A DNA stretch of 64,000 nt from Chiloscyllium plagiosum (Eukaryota): contig NC_057711.1 of assembly GCF_004010195.1 (NCBI RefSeq), positions 74,788,433 to 74,852,432 of the forward strand. Direction: 5' to 3'. Shown here piece by piece: positions 35,898 to 49,572 of the stretch (within the stretch, counting starts at the first letter, position 1; each line of letters opens with the position of its first letter). The notes below the pieces were generated by a model that saw only the letters and a list, made by a program, of their open reading frames with translations, had not been told where the DNA came from and did no database searches. Both the position numbers and the translations under genes were made by a program.

Positions 35898-36468
35898 AAG
35901 GAAAAACTCTTGAACGGAAAGCTACTGGAGTGAAATTATCAAAAATAACTGTAGGTCAATAAAAGCATTTTACAGCCTGTAATAGGGAGTGAAAAAAAAA
36001 CCTTTTCAGAGGCTGACATCCCATTACCAATCACCCTTTATTTACAAATGCATAGCCTTTGACAATAACACCGCCTCTCAGAGTCAGGCATTCCAGGGGT
36101 TCAATATCATTGACATTCATTCTTTTATGTCAGCCAAGGCTCCCTGATTAATACCCTCAGTCAGGGAACTCATTTTGCACAAAGGAAAAATTCTTGAACG
36201 GAAAGTTACTGGAGCGAAATTATCAAACTGTAGTTCAATGAAAGCATTTTACAGCCAGTAATAGGGAGAGGAAAAAAAACTCTTCAGAGGCTGACATCCC
36301 TTTACCAAGCACCTTTTATTTACAAATGCATAGCCATTGACAATAATACTACCTCTCAGAGGCAGGCATTCCAGGGGTTCAATATCTCTGACATTGATCC
36401 ATTTATGTCAGTCAGGGCTCCTTGATTGAACTAGATTAATAACCTCAGTCAGAGAACTTATTTTGCAT
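35898..36468. repeat. Tandem duplication, about 284-bp unit, covering flank plus most of a small LTR-like element
   Basis: AAGGAAAAA(C/T)TCTTGAACGGAAAG...TTTTGCA at 35898-36180 and 36182-36468. Confidence 0.9.
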
Positions 36469-37439
36469 GACATCCAGCTGGCTAATGTCATTACAATCAT
36501 GACAGCAAGAATAAATCTTCTAAAGATAAAGGAAAGAAATTAGTGAGAACTTTAAACAACTGGTAGCAGCAAAGGAGATACCTTCAGAATGACCACCCAT
36601 GAAAAATGGCCTATTTCCAAACACCCAGATTTAATTCCCTAGAAGAAATAAATCTGAAAAACTGGACTTGGAAGCAGGATTAAGATTTTCAGTTGTTTAG
36701 CAGCTTCAGGCTATTTACTCAATGGTAAATTTAACAGCAAGCAAGTTAAGAAAGTTCTCCAGGAACAGGCTTAATTTAGAAAATTCAGAGGTGAAGATTC
36801 TTTTTGGAATTCAAAGTTTCCAAAACCTAATCGTAAAATTAGTTAAAGTTTCTTTACTTTGACAGCTTGAGTGAGTCACTGTGTTATTTCCCACTGGACA
36901 CGAACTGCATAGCATGGTCAGATTGGTTGTGGTGAGTGTGAGATAACTAGAGAGAAGCACATGTAGTGAATAGTCTTTCAATACTGTAATAGTAAAATTG
37001 GAACCTTGTCTATTTCAGATTGCTACAGAAAGTTGTCTTTTGTATTAATAAACATTAAATGGAGTTCAAAAGAAGCTTGAACCTGAGGGGAGCTCTTGAC
37101 TTTGTCTTTTGACAAGTTTGCCTTCAATTCTTGAACATAGACCTAGAACAGTACAGACTTTGGATATCATCAAAAATACTAACACAAAATTCACACTGGG
37201 TGCTAGTGCAGGTAAGACATAGAAGACAGATGTGATCAGCAGTTAGTCTGGAGACTATTGCTAACTACTTACAACCAAAATAAATTGTTAATTTTATATT
37301 TGCATATACATATAAGAGAAGACATTTTATAAATATATTTGGGGAAGTAGGAAAGAGTAGCATCCATTAGATACCAATATGGCAACCTGTGTCTAGAGGC
37401 AGAAGACAAAGTTGAAGTTTAAAATGAATCTCTTGTATT

Positions 37440-38200
37440 CCTTTTAGGGGCAGACAGCCTGGGAATGGAAATCAGGAAGGGGGACTGTGAGACATTGAGA
37501 GAGAAGAGGTATGAGCAGTTTTGGAAGGCTTGAAAGTGAATGAACTTCAGGCTGTTGTGGGAGGCAAGGGCAGAGATTGCAGATGCCCTGTCATTAACTT
37601 TTGAATTTTCTCTGGCCACAGAAGGAGTGCGAGAGAACTGGAGGACTACGAGAGTATATCATTATTCAGGAAGCTGAGCAGAGATATATTGAAAACCATA
37701 GACCAATGAGTCTAATATTGTGGTAGGGAAGCAATTGGTAAAATCTCTGACAGAAATAATGAATCTCCAGTTGGAGAGGCAAGGATTAATCAAGCATAGT
37801 CAGCATGGCTTTGTCAGGAGGGTGGTCACATGCTGCAAATCTGGTTGAATTTTTCTGAGGAGGTGATGAGGTGTGAAAATAAGGATAGTGTAGTTGATGT
37901 AGTCTCCATGGACTTTGATAAGACTTTTGATAAGGTTTCACATGGGACATTGATCAAAAAACTAAGAAACCATGAGATGCAGGGCAATTTGTCAGATTGG
38001 ATCCAAAATTGGATTAGAATCAGAAATGATGGGTAGTCCTTACATTTGCTTCAGAACTGGCATATTCCCATTGGTGGAAAATGATTGTTAATCAATTAAT
38101 GTTGTGTAGTCTATATAGAGACTAATAACAAGTGGTGTTTTGCAGGAATCAATGTTAGGGCCATTTGGTTTTACAATCTTCATCAAAAACCTGGGTATAT
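37440..38200 (+). mobile_element. CR1 RT fragment
   Basis: SQHGFV..LNFSEEVMR..VDVVSMDFDKTFDKVSHGTLIKKL..WIQNWI; GVLQESMLGP. Confidence 0.85.
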
Positions 38201-39479
38201 ATGTTGGGAAGGGGCTGGAAGATTGTGTACTGTAAATGAAAATACACTACTGCAAACAGAACCTGAGGCAGCTGCAATCAAGTTTGGAAAATGTCATATA
38301 ACATAAATATTTTGCAAGCACAGTATATTTTTTGTGTGTATATACAGCTGTATAATTATACCCTATATTAATCAAACAACAGACTGTTGAGGAAGAAAAA
38401 TATCTCAGTTTTATGATTTATCCTTCTCTTATAAATACTTGGCCAATATCAATGAAGGCAAATAAGCAAGGAAAAGGTAATTCAGTATCAACAAAAACGG
38501 AATCATGCTATTATTGTATAACCGTATAATTTATTAAATTTTACTTAGAATACTTTATCCAGTTTATTTGCTGACACGGTGGGAGATTATAAAAGTTTTA
38601 TAAAAAGGTTCAGAAAAGACCCACAAGAATTGTACGTTATTTAAATTATCTCAACTACCCTGTTGGCTCAAAGGTATAGGTTTATTTCACTTCAGAGAAA
38701 TATTGTGCTCGGTAATAAAACAAAGATAGAATCTGAGCAAGAAGGACTCTATAGCAGGCAGCAAAGCACAGAAGATTATGAGACTCACAGCAATATACAA
38801 TCCCTGTATGGATGCCTCATTACGGTTTGGCTTTTGCATTTGGCATCTAAAATATGCATGAGTGAACATGATGTTAGGGAAGTTAACCATAAGTGTGACA
38901 AAGATAGACGGTTGCATGATTAGTAAGGGGACCAAATGTAACAGCAAGAAAACAGGAGAATGGGGTTGAGGAACGTATCAGCCATGATCAAATGGTGAAG
39001 CGAGTAACTCATTTCCTGCTCCATCAAAACCTGCTTATCAGTGGGCTAAATGGCCTAATTCTGCTCCAATGTCTTCTGACTTTACCATCTTCTGAATTTG
39101 AACGCCCTGTTCATTCTGGCTTTGGTTACCATAGAGAACATTTACAAATCCTCAACATCCGAAAGTGATCCATTCATCATCTCCTCATTATTAGTTGACA
39201 GGCCCCTGATTTTCTTTCAATACCTCTCAGGAAGGAACAGGAACAAAGAAACTGAAGGTGTAGTGACATTCACTGGCCTTGGTAATGGATAAGGACCAAG
39301 TCCAGCAGGGGGTAGGGTTCTTCTCAATGGCTACAAATACCATGACTGTCTGATGTGATGACGTCTGGGTCCAGAAGCACAGGTTTCTCAGAGATCATGA
39401 AACTTCATCCTCTGTCTATGCAGTCTATTAATTGTATTGTGCCTTTTGTTACCTTAACCTCTCATTACAGTATTTTTGC

Positions 39480-39975
39480 TGTAGGTACACCCACAGTGCT
39501 GTTTATGGAAGGACTTCTGGAATTTTAAAACAGCAGGAGTAAAAGAACAGCGATATATTTCCAAGTCAGGGCAGTGAGTGGATTAGCGGGGAACTTGCAA
39601 TGTCGTGGTGCCACGTGGCTGCTGCTCCTGTCCTTGTACATGGTGGATGCATGTGTTTGGAATTTCTTCAGTGCATCTGGGTGGTATACACTGCTGCTAC
39701 TGAACATCAGCAGGGGTGGGAACGAATGCTTGTGGAGGTGGTACCAATTAAGAAGACTCATTTATCTTGGATGGCATCAGGTTGCATTAATACAGGCAAA
39801 TTGAAGTATTCTATTAGACTTGTGCCATACAAATGGTGGACAGGTTTTGATGAAGCAAGAAATGAGTTACTCGCTTCAGTATTCCTAGTCTCTGACCTGC
39901 TCATGTATCCATAATATTTATATGGTTAGTCCAGTTCAGTTTCTGGCCAGGGGTAACACCCAGGATGTTCATAGG
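39480..39975 (-). mobile_element. LINE-A 3' ORF fragment
   Basis: ACAGCGATATATTTCCAAGTCAGG..; colinear with 54040-54680. Confidence 0.7.
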
Positions 39976-41051
39976 GAGTCTTAGTTGTTAACTTCCAATA
40001 TTTCATTAGTATTCACTGTTTAAAATGAAGTTAAAATAATTTCTAATCACCTGGTTTCAATGCTGTGGTACTCTCAGCATTGATTCAACTCATTTTACTC
40101 AAATGTAGGAAATGCTTTTAGGTAGAACAATTTGTTTCTCTAGGTTCCATGTTGCAAATTAGTAATGATTATATTTTGCTCAGGAAAACAAAATACAAGT
40201 AAGTAACATAAATGTTTAATTTTTTAAGAAAGGTCATATATCCAGTCCACAGGGAAGATGGAATTATTATATCCTTTTGTAACGTACTGTCTAATACACT
40301 TTGTCTGGGGTCAGAGCAATTATGCAAGGTAATATCTATTAGAACACATAACAAGTTCAAATAAGAAGGCCCTTTCATTCATTTTATCTCATGCTTTATG
40401 TATACTAATTATTATTTTCCCATGAGGTATTTAGCAATTACTTAAATGAGTCCAATATGGTTGTCTCAACCACATTGAGCAGAAAATCTTTAGAAATGAT
40501 TATTATAACTCTTGCATATAATGTGTATCATTTTGCATGAAAAAAAAATCCATAACTAAGGCAACAATATATATATATAAACTCATGTTTCACACAAATG
40601 CCATTCTTTTAGATTAACTCAAATTATATATTGCACTTGGCCCTGGAATATTTGATCCAACCAATTAGGATATATTAATGTTTTACAGATAGCAGGTTAT
40701 CCAGGAAGTTCTAATTTCTTCGCATGAAAATTAAACTTCATTTACTGTAAAGTGCTTTTGGGTATAATGTTGCTGTTATAAAAAAATTACAAGTTTTTCA
40801 AATGAAAATTGAGGGAAAGAAAATCAATGAGTTCCTGTTGGAGGTTTTCCTATTCAATTTTTGGAAGAGGCCCCAAGTTATTCCTCTGTAGTTCTGTCTA
40901 ATCTGAAGTAACATGATGTGATTAAATGTTATATTCATATGAGTCAAGATTATCACTGCTGTTTTCACAACCTTTCCATAAAGCATGTGCACTAGATGCA
41001 AAAAATAAGGAATTAAAGCAATATTTGAAGGATCCGTCCACTTTAGCTCAC

Positions 41052-41500
41052 ACAGCAAGACCTCGACAGGATTCAGGCTTGGACTGATAAGTGGCAAATA
41101 ATATTTAGATCACACAAGTACCAGAAAAACAGTACCAGACAAGTATCCAACAAGAGAGAATCTAGCCATTGCCCCTTGGCATTCAACAATATAGCCATTG
41201 CTGAATTCTCCACTATTAACATCCTAAGATTACTATTGTCCAGAAATCTATTGTAATCAGTTATAGGCAGGACAGAGATGGCATATTCTATAACAAGTAA
41301 TTAACCTCCTTACTTTCCAAAGCTTATACATAATCAGTAAGGCATAAGTTGGGAGTATGGTGGAATCTACCTGGTTTGCCTGGATATGCAGCTTGTACAG
41401 CACTCAAAAGGCCCACCACCAAGACAAAGCAACATAATTGATTGGCAGCAATCCACCTCTTTAAATATTCATGCTCTCCACTAATGGTATGTCATACTAT
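41052..41500 (+). mobile_element. LINE-A RT C-terminal fragment
   Basis: QQDLDRIQAWTDKWQIIF; ..AAGGCATAAGTTGGGAGTATGGTGGAAT. Confidence 0.7.
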
Positions 41501-42171
41501 TGGTGAACTATCAGTTCTCCTAGTAAAAATATTTCTTGGTCCTCAGCAGCATCAACTTCTGAACAGTTAAGACTTGGGTGGTCTGTAGGCTGAAATCTTC
41601 TATTACTGCCTTAGGAATCAGTCCAAAAATTTGGAACTTTCCCACCAGAACACAGACAAGAAGTTGTTGCAGGACACATTCTTCCCTTCAGGTTGTTGTC
41701 TTACTGGCAATTTAGTAGCCCTTTGACTGGCAAAGTGAATTATTCAGATTCAGTGGATTGAACCAAGGAAAATTTTCTATCTCCTCGGGCTCTGTTCCCC
41801 GTTTGGTGAATTGCATTATGATAGTGTAGCTTCATCCTGCACCCCCACTACAATGTAGTCCAATCTGAGCTCATCTTTCAATGTTTCACGTTGGCAATTA
41901 TCCCCAAGGTGGAAAAATCATTTAAAGAAGAATCACTGATTTACCCTGGCTCTTCATTGCACAGGTTAAACGTTGTCTGTATATAATTGGGTTTCAAATA
42001 AGAAGGCTCTGGTTTTTTTGTGTGTGTGTGTTGGAGTTTCTTTTGCTACACCTTGCTGAGTGTTGTTAGGACAATCTGAGCTAAACTGTCAATGTAATTG
42101 CACCCAATAGATTCTCTTCAGACCCTTAAAATGCAAGGCTTTTTTCCTTCATCAATGTATTTGCTTGGCGT

Positions 42172-42885
42172 CATAGAATTATAGAGTCATACAGTAAAGA
42201 AGAGGCTGTTTGGCCCATCTATAAAATAAATCAATCACTTTCTTGAATATCCTCCAGCCTCTGTAGCTTCTGTAATAACAACAATTGAATGAGGGTGGCA
42301 CGGTGGCTCAGTGGTTAGCACTGCAGCCTCACAATGCCAGAGACCCAGGTTCAACTCCAGTCTTGGGTGACTGTGTGGAGTTTGCACATTCTCCCCGTGT
42401 CTGCGTGGGTTTCCTCCGGGTGCTCTTTCCTCCGGGTGCTCTGGTTTCCATCCAAAGATGTGCAGGTCAGGTACATTGGCCATACTAAATTGCCCATAGT
42501 ATTAGGTACATTAGTCAGAGGGAAATGGGTCTGGGTGGGTTACTCTTCAGTGGGTCGTTGTGGACTTGTTGGGCCAAAGGGCCTGTTTCCACACTATAGG
42601 GAATCTAATCTAAACAAACTTCACAGGTTGACCATCCTCTGAGTGAAGAAATGTCTTCTTATCTCAGTCCTAAATGGTGTACTCTGTATCCTGAGATTGT
42701 GACCCCTGGTTCTAGGTTCCTCAACCAGTGGAAACATCCTCCCTGCACCTGGCCTATATACCCCTATTCGAATTTTGTACGTTTCTATTCAATTTCCTCT
42801 CATTCTTCTAAACTCCAATGAATACAGACCCAGTGGAACTAATCTCTCCATGTATGTCAGTCCAGCCATGTCTGATATCAGCCTA
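42172..42885 (-). mobile_element. CR1 3' fragment interrupted by an HE1 SINE
   Basis: CATAGAATTATAGAGTCATACAG tail; CCTCTGAGTGAAGAAATG continuation after 42611. Confidence 0.65.
42293..42611 (+). mobile_element. HE1-type V-SINE, near full length
   Basis: GGGTGGCACGGTGGCTCAGTGGTTAGCAC (A box), GGTTCAACTCC (B box), V domain, tail GAATCTAATCTAA; internal 16-bp tandem duplication 42410-42441. Confidence 0.9.
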
Positions 42886-44515
42886 CTTTTCATTGGTGTT
42901 GTGAAAAAGCATGCTGTGCAATTACAAACACAATGTCATTGGCAGGAAATCCCAATTTTTCAAGACCACAGTGCTGATGCTTATCATGCCTGTTGTTACA
43001 GAGCACGTTACTGCACACAACTAATGAAAGCTCCATCTCCACTTTATCGGCTACAAGCTGACTTTATGAACCAGTAGATCTTCCAGTTTTGCATCCTCCA
43101 AATGGGCAGGGTGGTTATTGCTTGCATTTGCTACCCATGTTGAAATAAGGTACTTTTACCTTAAAATCAATCACTTACTCACTGACATGTGGTGAGTGGC
43201 AAAACCTTACCATTGCATTTGCAATATATACTGTCAACAGAAATTACTTATGTACAAACTTCTACAATACTTCCTCTTTCACGGTACACATTTTGACACG
43301 TGGATTATAGAATCATAGGACTTTTTATTACTCCTGGCTTGCAGCAGTGAAGGGACATTTCCTGGCTCTGCAGAGTGAATGTGTACATAGGAAGCTATGT
43401 CATTGTTATGGCCACATAACAGATATTACAAAGAGGAGACATAAGAGATGCAACAGCTTTCATCTTGTATTGAATTCTATTTTATGGAAGTCATTAATTG
43501 TTTTTTAAAAGACTCAGAGTCTAGCTGACTTTCTGTCTTTGACTAATGTAAACCAAAAAGTTGGGTGTTTAGAGTAGTGGGGTTCTGTGAGAAGTGGAAT
43601 GGGTCACCCCAATCTGAAAACTGAGGTTGCCAGGTGTGGAAGGTGGCCACATGGAATGCCTACTGTGGACACTGGTACTGTGTTGAAAATTAATTGGAAA
43701 ACAATAAAACAAAAAAACCTCCAGCCATTGCCCTACACACCACTCCCCTAGACCCTGCCTAGGCCCTATCCATGGCAACCTAGGTCATCTCATGCTCTGC
43801 ATGCCAACCTCTACCTCTCTACCTACCCACATGACTCTCCGTGCCTTCCAAGCTACCCTCTGCCAATCCTTCATACTCTTCATATCAGTCTGCACCATCC
43901 ACCCATCACCCATGTCTCTTTATCAAATCTACACCAACTTAGGAACCACCCATCCCACGGCTCTTACCATTACACCTTCTTTGTCAACTAATCCAGTACC
44001 CATTGTGGATAGGACATGGTGAAAAGAGATAAAATGAAGTTCCATAAAATAAAATTCTCAGTACCTATTGGCAATTGTGCCATATTGAAAAGAAAAATGG
44101 TCTTAGTTATAAAAGTTGACAAGCCTTAGAAACAGCAACAATTGAATTCTAGGTTTCTAACAGCAAACATTTACATTTATTCATTATTCTGCTTGAAAAG
44201 TCTATAACTATTTGTAGCTGTCATTCAAAATGAAGAAACATAGAAAACAGGAGCAGCAGTAGGCTATTTACCCCTTTCAGCCTGTTCCATTATGATTATG
44301 GCTGATCATCCAACTCAATAACCTGTTCCTGCTTTTCCCCATATCATTTGATCCTTTTAGACCAGAAAGCTATGTCGAACTCCCTGGAAATCACAGCATA
44401 TTTTGGCCTTTACTGCTTTCCCTGGTAAAAAAAAATCCACAGTCTTACAAATCTCTGGGTGAAACAATTTATCCTCATCACAGTCCTGAAGAGTTTACCC
44501 AGTATCTTTAGATGG

Positions 44516-45503
44516 AGAAAGTGAGGACTGCAGATGCTGGAGATCAGAGCTGAAAATGTGTTGCTGGAAAAGCGCAGCAGGTCAGNNNNNNNNNNNNNNN
44601 NNNNNNNNNNNNNNNNNNNNNNNNNNNNNNNNNNNNNNNNNNNNNNNNNNNNNNNNNNNNNNNNNNNNNNNNNNNNNNNNNNNNNNNNNNNNNNNNNNNN
44701 NNNNNNNNNNNNNNNNNNNNNNNNNNNNNNNNNNNNNNNNNNNNNNNNNNNNNNNNNNNNNNNNNNNNNNNNNNNNNNNNNNNNNNNNNNNNNNNNNNNN
44801 NNNNNNNNNNNNNNNNNNNNNNNNNNNNNNNNNNNNNNNNNNNNNNNNNNNNNNNNNNNNNNNNNNNNNNNNNNNNNNNNNNNNNNNNNNNNNNNNNNNN
44901 NNNNNNNNNNNNNNNNNNNNNNNNNNNNNNNNNNNNNNNNNNNNNNNNNNNNNNNNNNNNNNNNNNNNNNNNNNNNNNNNNNNNNNNNNNNNNNNNNNNN
45001 NNNNNNNNNNNNNNNNNNNNNNNNNNNNNNNNNNNNNNNNNNNNNNNNNNNNNNNNNNNNNNNNNNNNNNNNNNNNNNNNNNNNNNNNNNNNNNNNNNNN
45101 NNNNNNNNNNNNNNNNNNNNNNNNNNNNNNNNNNNNNNNNNNNNNNNNNNNNNNNNNNNNNNNNNNNNNNNNNNNNNNNNNNNNNNNNNNNNNNNNNNNN
45201 NNNNNNNNNNNNNNNNNNNNNNNNNNNNNNNNNNNNNNNNNNNNNNNNNNNNNNNNNNNNNNNNNNNNNNNNNNNNNNNNNNNNNNNNNNNNNNNNNNNN
45301 NNNNNNNNNNNNNNNNNNNNNNNNNNNNNNNNNNNNNNNNNNNNNNNNNNNNNNNNNNNNNNNNNNNNNNNNNNNNNNNNNNNNNNNNNNNNNNNNNNNN
45401 NNNNNNNNNNNNNNNNNNNNNNNNNNTTATGCCCGAAACGTCGATTCTCCTGTTCCCTGGATGCTGCCTGACCTGCTGCGCTTTTCCAGCAACACATTTT
45501 CAG
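44516..45503. mobile_element. Young Penelope-derived insertion with inverted ends; interior unsequenced
   Basis: Perfect 37-bp inverted repeat 44549-44585 / 45468-45504; perfect 18-bp TSD CCCAGTATCTTTAGATGG at 44498-44515 and 45504-45521; hammerhead 3' half GCCC-GAAA-CG-UC-GAUU at 45431-45446. Confidence 0.85.
44586..45426. other. Assembly gap (841 N)
   Basis: Run of n. Confidence 1.
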
Positions 45504-47299
45504 CCCAGTATCTTTAGATGGTGACCCCTGGTTTTGAACTCCTCCACCATTGGGAACATGCTTCCTACATCTACCTCATCTGGTTTTGTTAGAATTTTGC
45601 AGTTTTTTTTAAATATACGAAATCATCCTTCATAGTCTTTAACTCCAGCCAGTATGTTCCTAACCATTGAAGAGAACCATTCCTCACACACTCATGCTGC
45701 CAATCCAGGAATCAGTTTGATAAACCTTTTCCCTACTTCCTTTAATAGCAAGAACATCCTTCCTCAGAGGTGAGACTAAATTTATGTACAATATTCCAGG
45801 TATGGTCTCACCAATGCCATATGTAAGTATAGGAAGACACCCCTGATCCTGTACTTGACTGCTCTCACTATAAAGATCCAGTTGTCTTCTTCATTGCCTG
45901 CTGCGCCTGCATGCTTACCTGCAGTGACTGGTGTATGAAGACACCCAGATCTCATCCGACATTCCCCTCTCCCACTTTATAGTAATTCAGATAAGAATCT
46001 GTCTTTCTGAATTTGCTACCAAAGTGGATAAGCTCATATTTATCCACATTATACTGGATCTGTATGCATTTACACACTTGTCCAAATCACGCTGAAGAAT
46101 CTCTATATTCTCCTCACACCGTACCTCCAACCCAACTTTGTGTCATCTGCAAACTTGAAGATATTGCATTTAGTTCCCTCATCTAAATTATCAATGTACA
46201 TTGTGAATAGGTGAGGTCCTAGCACAAAAACCTATGGTATCCCAAAGTCACTACCTGCCATTCAGGAAAAGACATATTTATTCTGATTTTTTGTTTCAGG
46301 TCTGCCAGCCAGTTTTCTGTCAATCTCAATATACATCCCCCGTCCCATGCATGTTGATTTTACATGTCAATCTCTTATGTTGGTCTTTGTCAAAAGCCTT
46401 CTGCAAGTCCAAATAAAGCACATCTACTGTTTCCTCTTATCAACTCTACTAGTGACATCCTCAAAGAATTCCAGTAGATTTGTCAAGTGTATTTTTCCTT
46501 TGGCAAGTCTATGCTGACTATAAATGAATCTGACACGGAGGACAGTCCACATAAAGTAGAGAGCACTCACTATGATAACAGATTGCTATGAGATCAGTCA
46601 TGTAGCAGTTAGACCTATGTCAATAGATAAAGAGTCATAACATACAATGAATTTTAACACACCAGACATTTTATTCAGAGATTTAAAATGCCTTGATGGT
46701 TTGAGAATTTCCTTTGACAGGTCCTCTTGAGATTTTTGCCATTTGTCCATGACTGTGCTCTTAACATGTGCACTGCTCAGTTCTGATAGTTGATTTGACA
46801 GGTCTATTGACAGCTGTAATGAGTTTGTCAGTAATGAATGTATGCAGTTCTGTACACATTTATAAAACACACCCGACCAAAGAGTACTAAACTCCTACTG
46901 AGGCGTTGTTGGACCAGATCCAGAGGGGTACCTAACTTCTCAAAAGGGTTTCCTAGCTATCCAAATTAATTCATAAAATTTGGATATTTTCTTGGTCCAA
47001 TCTGTATTTTTAGGATTTCAAAGTTACCAACTATCATTTCAGTTGAGGCAGCTGATGATATAAATAGTGAGCTGTCTCCATAAAATGCATAAGTGTACAA
47101 CACCCAGCTTTCATTGTGATCCCTTGCAAAAATGTGAGGTGGTATATTCTATGATGAGACATAATCTTGGGGTAGTTCTTTTTTCACCATGAGGGACAGG
47201 CTCTCTATTGTGGTGAATGTCCAGACAATAGGATTGTACAAAACAGAAATGGGTCATTTAGGCCCAAGCGTTTTACATAACACAGATGTCAGTTCTAAC

Positions 47300-47445
47300 T
47301 TTGATGTGGAGGAGCCGGTGTTGGACTGGGGTGCACAAAATCAAAAATCACACAACACCAGGTTATAGTCCAACAGGTAAGGAGCAGCACTTCGAAAGCT
47401 AGTGCTTCCAAATAAACCTGTGGGACAATAACCTGGTGTTGTGTG
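47300..47445. mobile_element. Hairpin element of a second Penelope-type repeat family with partial hammerhead
   Basis: TCACACAACACCAGGTTATAGTCCAACAGGT / ACCTGTGGGACAATAACCTGGTGTTGTGTGA inverted arms; GGAG CAGCA CUUC-GAAA-GC-UA; TSD AGTTCTAAC at 47291-47299 and 47446-47454. Confidence 0.7.
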
Positions 47446-48582
47446 AGTTCTAACCTCAACAGTGATGTTTTGTCATCAAACTCCCTGTCAATAATCAGTC
47501 TTCATTTGCAAATGAAAGGGAGTTACATAGTGACGTGGGAGCGCTGTAAATCACCACTCACCATCAAACGAAGAAAGGAAAAGTAAATTTAGAAAACAGT
47601 GAAACAAAATAAAATGTAATATTTGGCAAATATTCAACTATTTACAATATTATTGAACTGTACTTTCTGATCCAAAAGGGTCTCAAAGCATCAACGTTTT
47701 GCAATTGATGTCCAAAATGTTTTAAGACATCAGGATCTCCTAGGCATCACTGTAATACCAAGTTTCAATGATTCCAACATTTCTTAAGCATTTTTGGTCA
47801 AAGTTTAAACTGTCCATAATTTAAAACCAGTTACATTTTATGACTACAGCATGTCTGAAAGTGCTTTTAGACTAATTATTCTGTTTGCTGTGTAGACATT
47901 GCTATCATAAAGAGAAACATAGTAGCCAATTTGCAGAAAGCTAGATCTCACAAGCATCAGTCAGCAGATTGTCTATTATATAATTAATATTGGCTGGGGA
48001 ACACCAGGGACAATTCACTGATTTTCTTCAAATCCTGACTAAGATAACTTAGACAAAAGTGAGTGTGAGGGTCAGAACACATGGATCATTCAAGAAAACC
48101 TGGTTCCAGCGTTTCAATAGGATGAATGATCTGTGCCCAGCCAGGGTATGTACCCTGTCTAATCAATATTATGTGTGCCTATGTGCACCAGTTAGAATCA
48201 TAAATTTGCCACTGTAGAGAATTGACATACAAGAGGTTGGGTGCCAGGTACTTCCATCAGATGCCTCAAGGGCAATCAGTGCTTATCAGTCCATTGCAAC
48301 AGCCTGTCTCTAACACTTAAAACAAAGAAGGAGCTATAACATTCAGCAGCTCATGCTAAAAGTCACTAACCTTTCGTCACTACTGGAAGAACTTACACAT
48401 CTGACATTTTTGCATCAAAAGCTTGCATGGGACCAGGATACAGCCAGAAAAGATGCTGTTCGAGTTGAGTTCCTTTTTGAGTCAGTCCTTCTTGCCTGCT
48501 CTAGTTAGATTTTCAGGCATGAACCAAAATTGCTTCCTCACTCGGGCATTCTTATTGGCCCAGTCAGGCATCATCTCTAACA

Positions 48583-48780
48583 CTGTCAATAAAATGTAGA
48601 GCTGGAAAGGCACAGCAGGTCAGGTAGCATCAGACAAGCAGGATGTTTTGGATCAGGACCCTTCATCAGGACTCACATTGACCTTCCTGCTCCTCGAATG
48701 CTGTCTGACCTGTTGTGCTTTTCCAGCTCCACATTTTATCCACTCTGACTTCCAGCATCAGTAGTCTTTACTATGGCCAA
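48583..48780. mobile_element. Palindromic Penelope-derived hairpin element
   Basis: ATAAAATGTAGAGCTGGAAAG / TTTTCCAGCTCCACATTTTAT arms; minus AGUC-CUGAUGA-A-GGGU..AUCC-AAAA; TSD ATCA(T/C)CTCTAACA at 48570-48582 and 48781-48793. Confidence 0.75.
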
Positions 48781-49269
48781 ATCACCTCTAACATTATGTG
48801 TGTCTAACAACCATCAAGCAAGACTGCATATTGACATTTCATGAGCTGATCGACTTGGAGAGGTTTAACTGCTAACACCTTAGTTATTGAACGAATCAAG
48901 TAACTGAAAAGGTCTATACCCACTGAGGCTTGGAGGAAGAAGCCTACCCTGCCAGATTCATGCCTCATATATGGGCAGCACCTCTGTTTTTTGGCTAACA
49001 CGATCGTGCCTATGAACGTCAATCCATTGGGCTGAGGTGACTTCACAATATCCTAATAAATACAAAATAGATTTGCAACTACGTTGTTTGGGAAAACTGA
49101 TCTGCCTGAGTGATTCTGAGAACACCTCACTGAAATTCCCATCCAATTCAGTCCTTCTGTCTGCTTGTCCTTCGAACGGCTTGGGCTCAGAAATTTCCGT
49201 CCAAGGTTTTCAAGCACTCTGAGTCTGGCTTAAACCTTCTGACTCAAAGCCAGAGAGCTACTACTGTGC

Positions 49270-49572
49270 TGAAGATGCTCCAGAAACACTTTGCGATCAA
49301 CAAATTACTTTCAACTTACTGTCATGTACCCAAGTGGAGCAGTTCATTTGCATCAAGTATTGCACCAACAGGAAAGAAAATGTAATCTATGAAAACAATT
49401 CCTCACTGCTTTTTAAAAGTGTTGCTATGGAACCCTTTATACACACCCAAACAAGCCTTTTGATCTGAAAGTTATGCTGAAATATTAGACTTGATAATGT
49501 ATTGAAGTCCTGAAGGGGTCTTGAACCACCTCCAACCTTGTTGTAGTTTAGAGGCATAAGTGCAGTCAACTA
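49270..49572 (-). mobile_element. Decayed Deu-type SINE
   Basis: CCAGAAACACTTTGC..ATTACTTT tail and GGTCTTGAACCACC..CCTTGT..TTAGAGGC head on minus. Confidence 0.5.

Larger units (their letters stand above)
44236..46520 (-). mobile_element. CR1 LINE (3' UTR to RT), interrupted at the gap
   Basis: AAACATAGAAAACAGGAGCAG tail; GTGTCATCTGCAAAC (FADDT on minus); TTGTCAAAAGCCTTCTGCAAGTCCAAATA (YLDLQKAFDK). Confidence 0.85.

Noticed and set aside
44534..45524. Three ORFs over 300 aa
   Set aside because: Artefacts of translating the N gap.
46598..46870. 90-aa ORF with Cys pair and helical stretch
   Set aside because: No splice signals or recognisable family; at most an ORF1-like relic.
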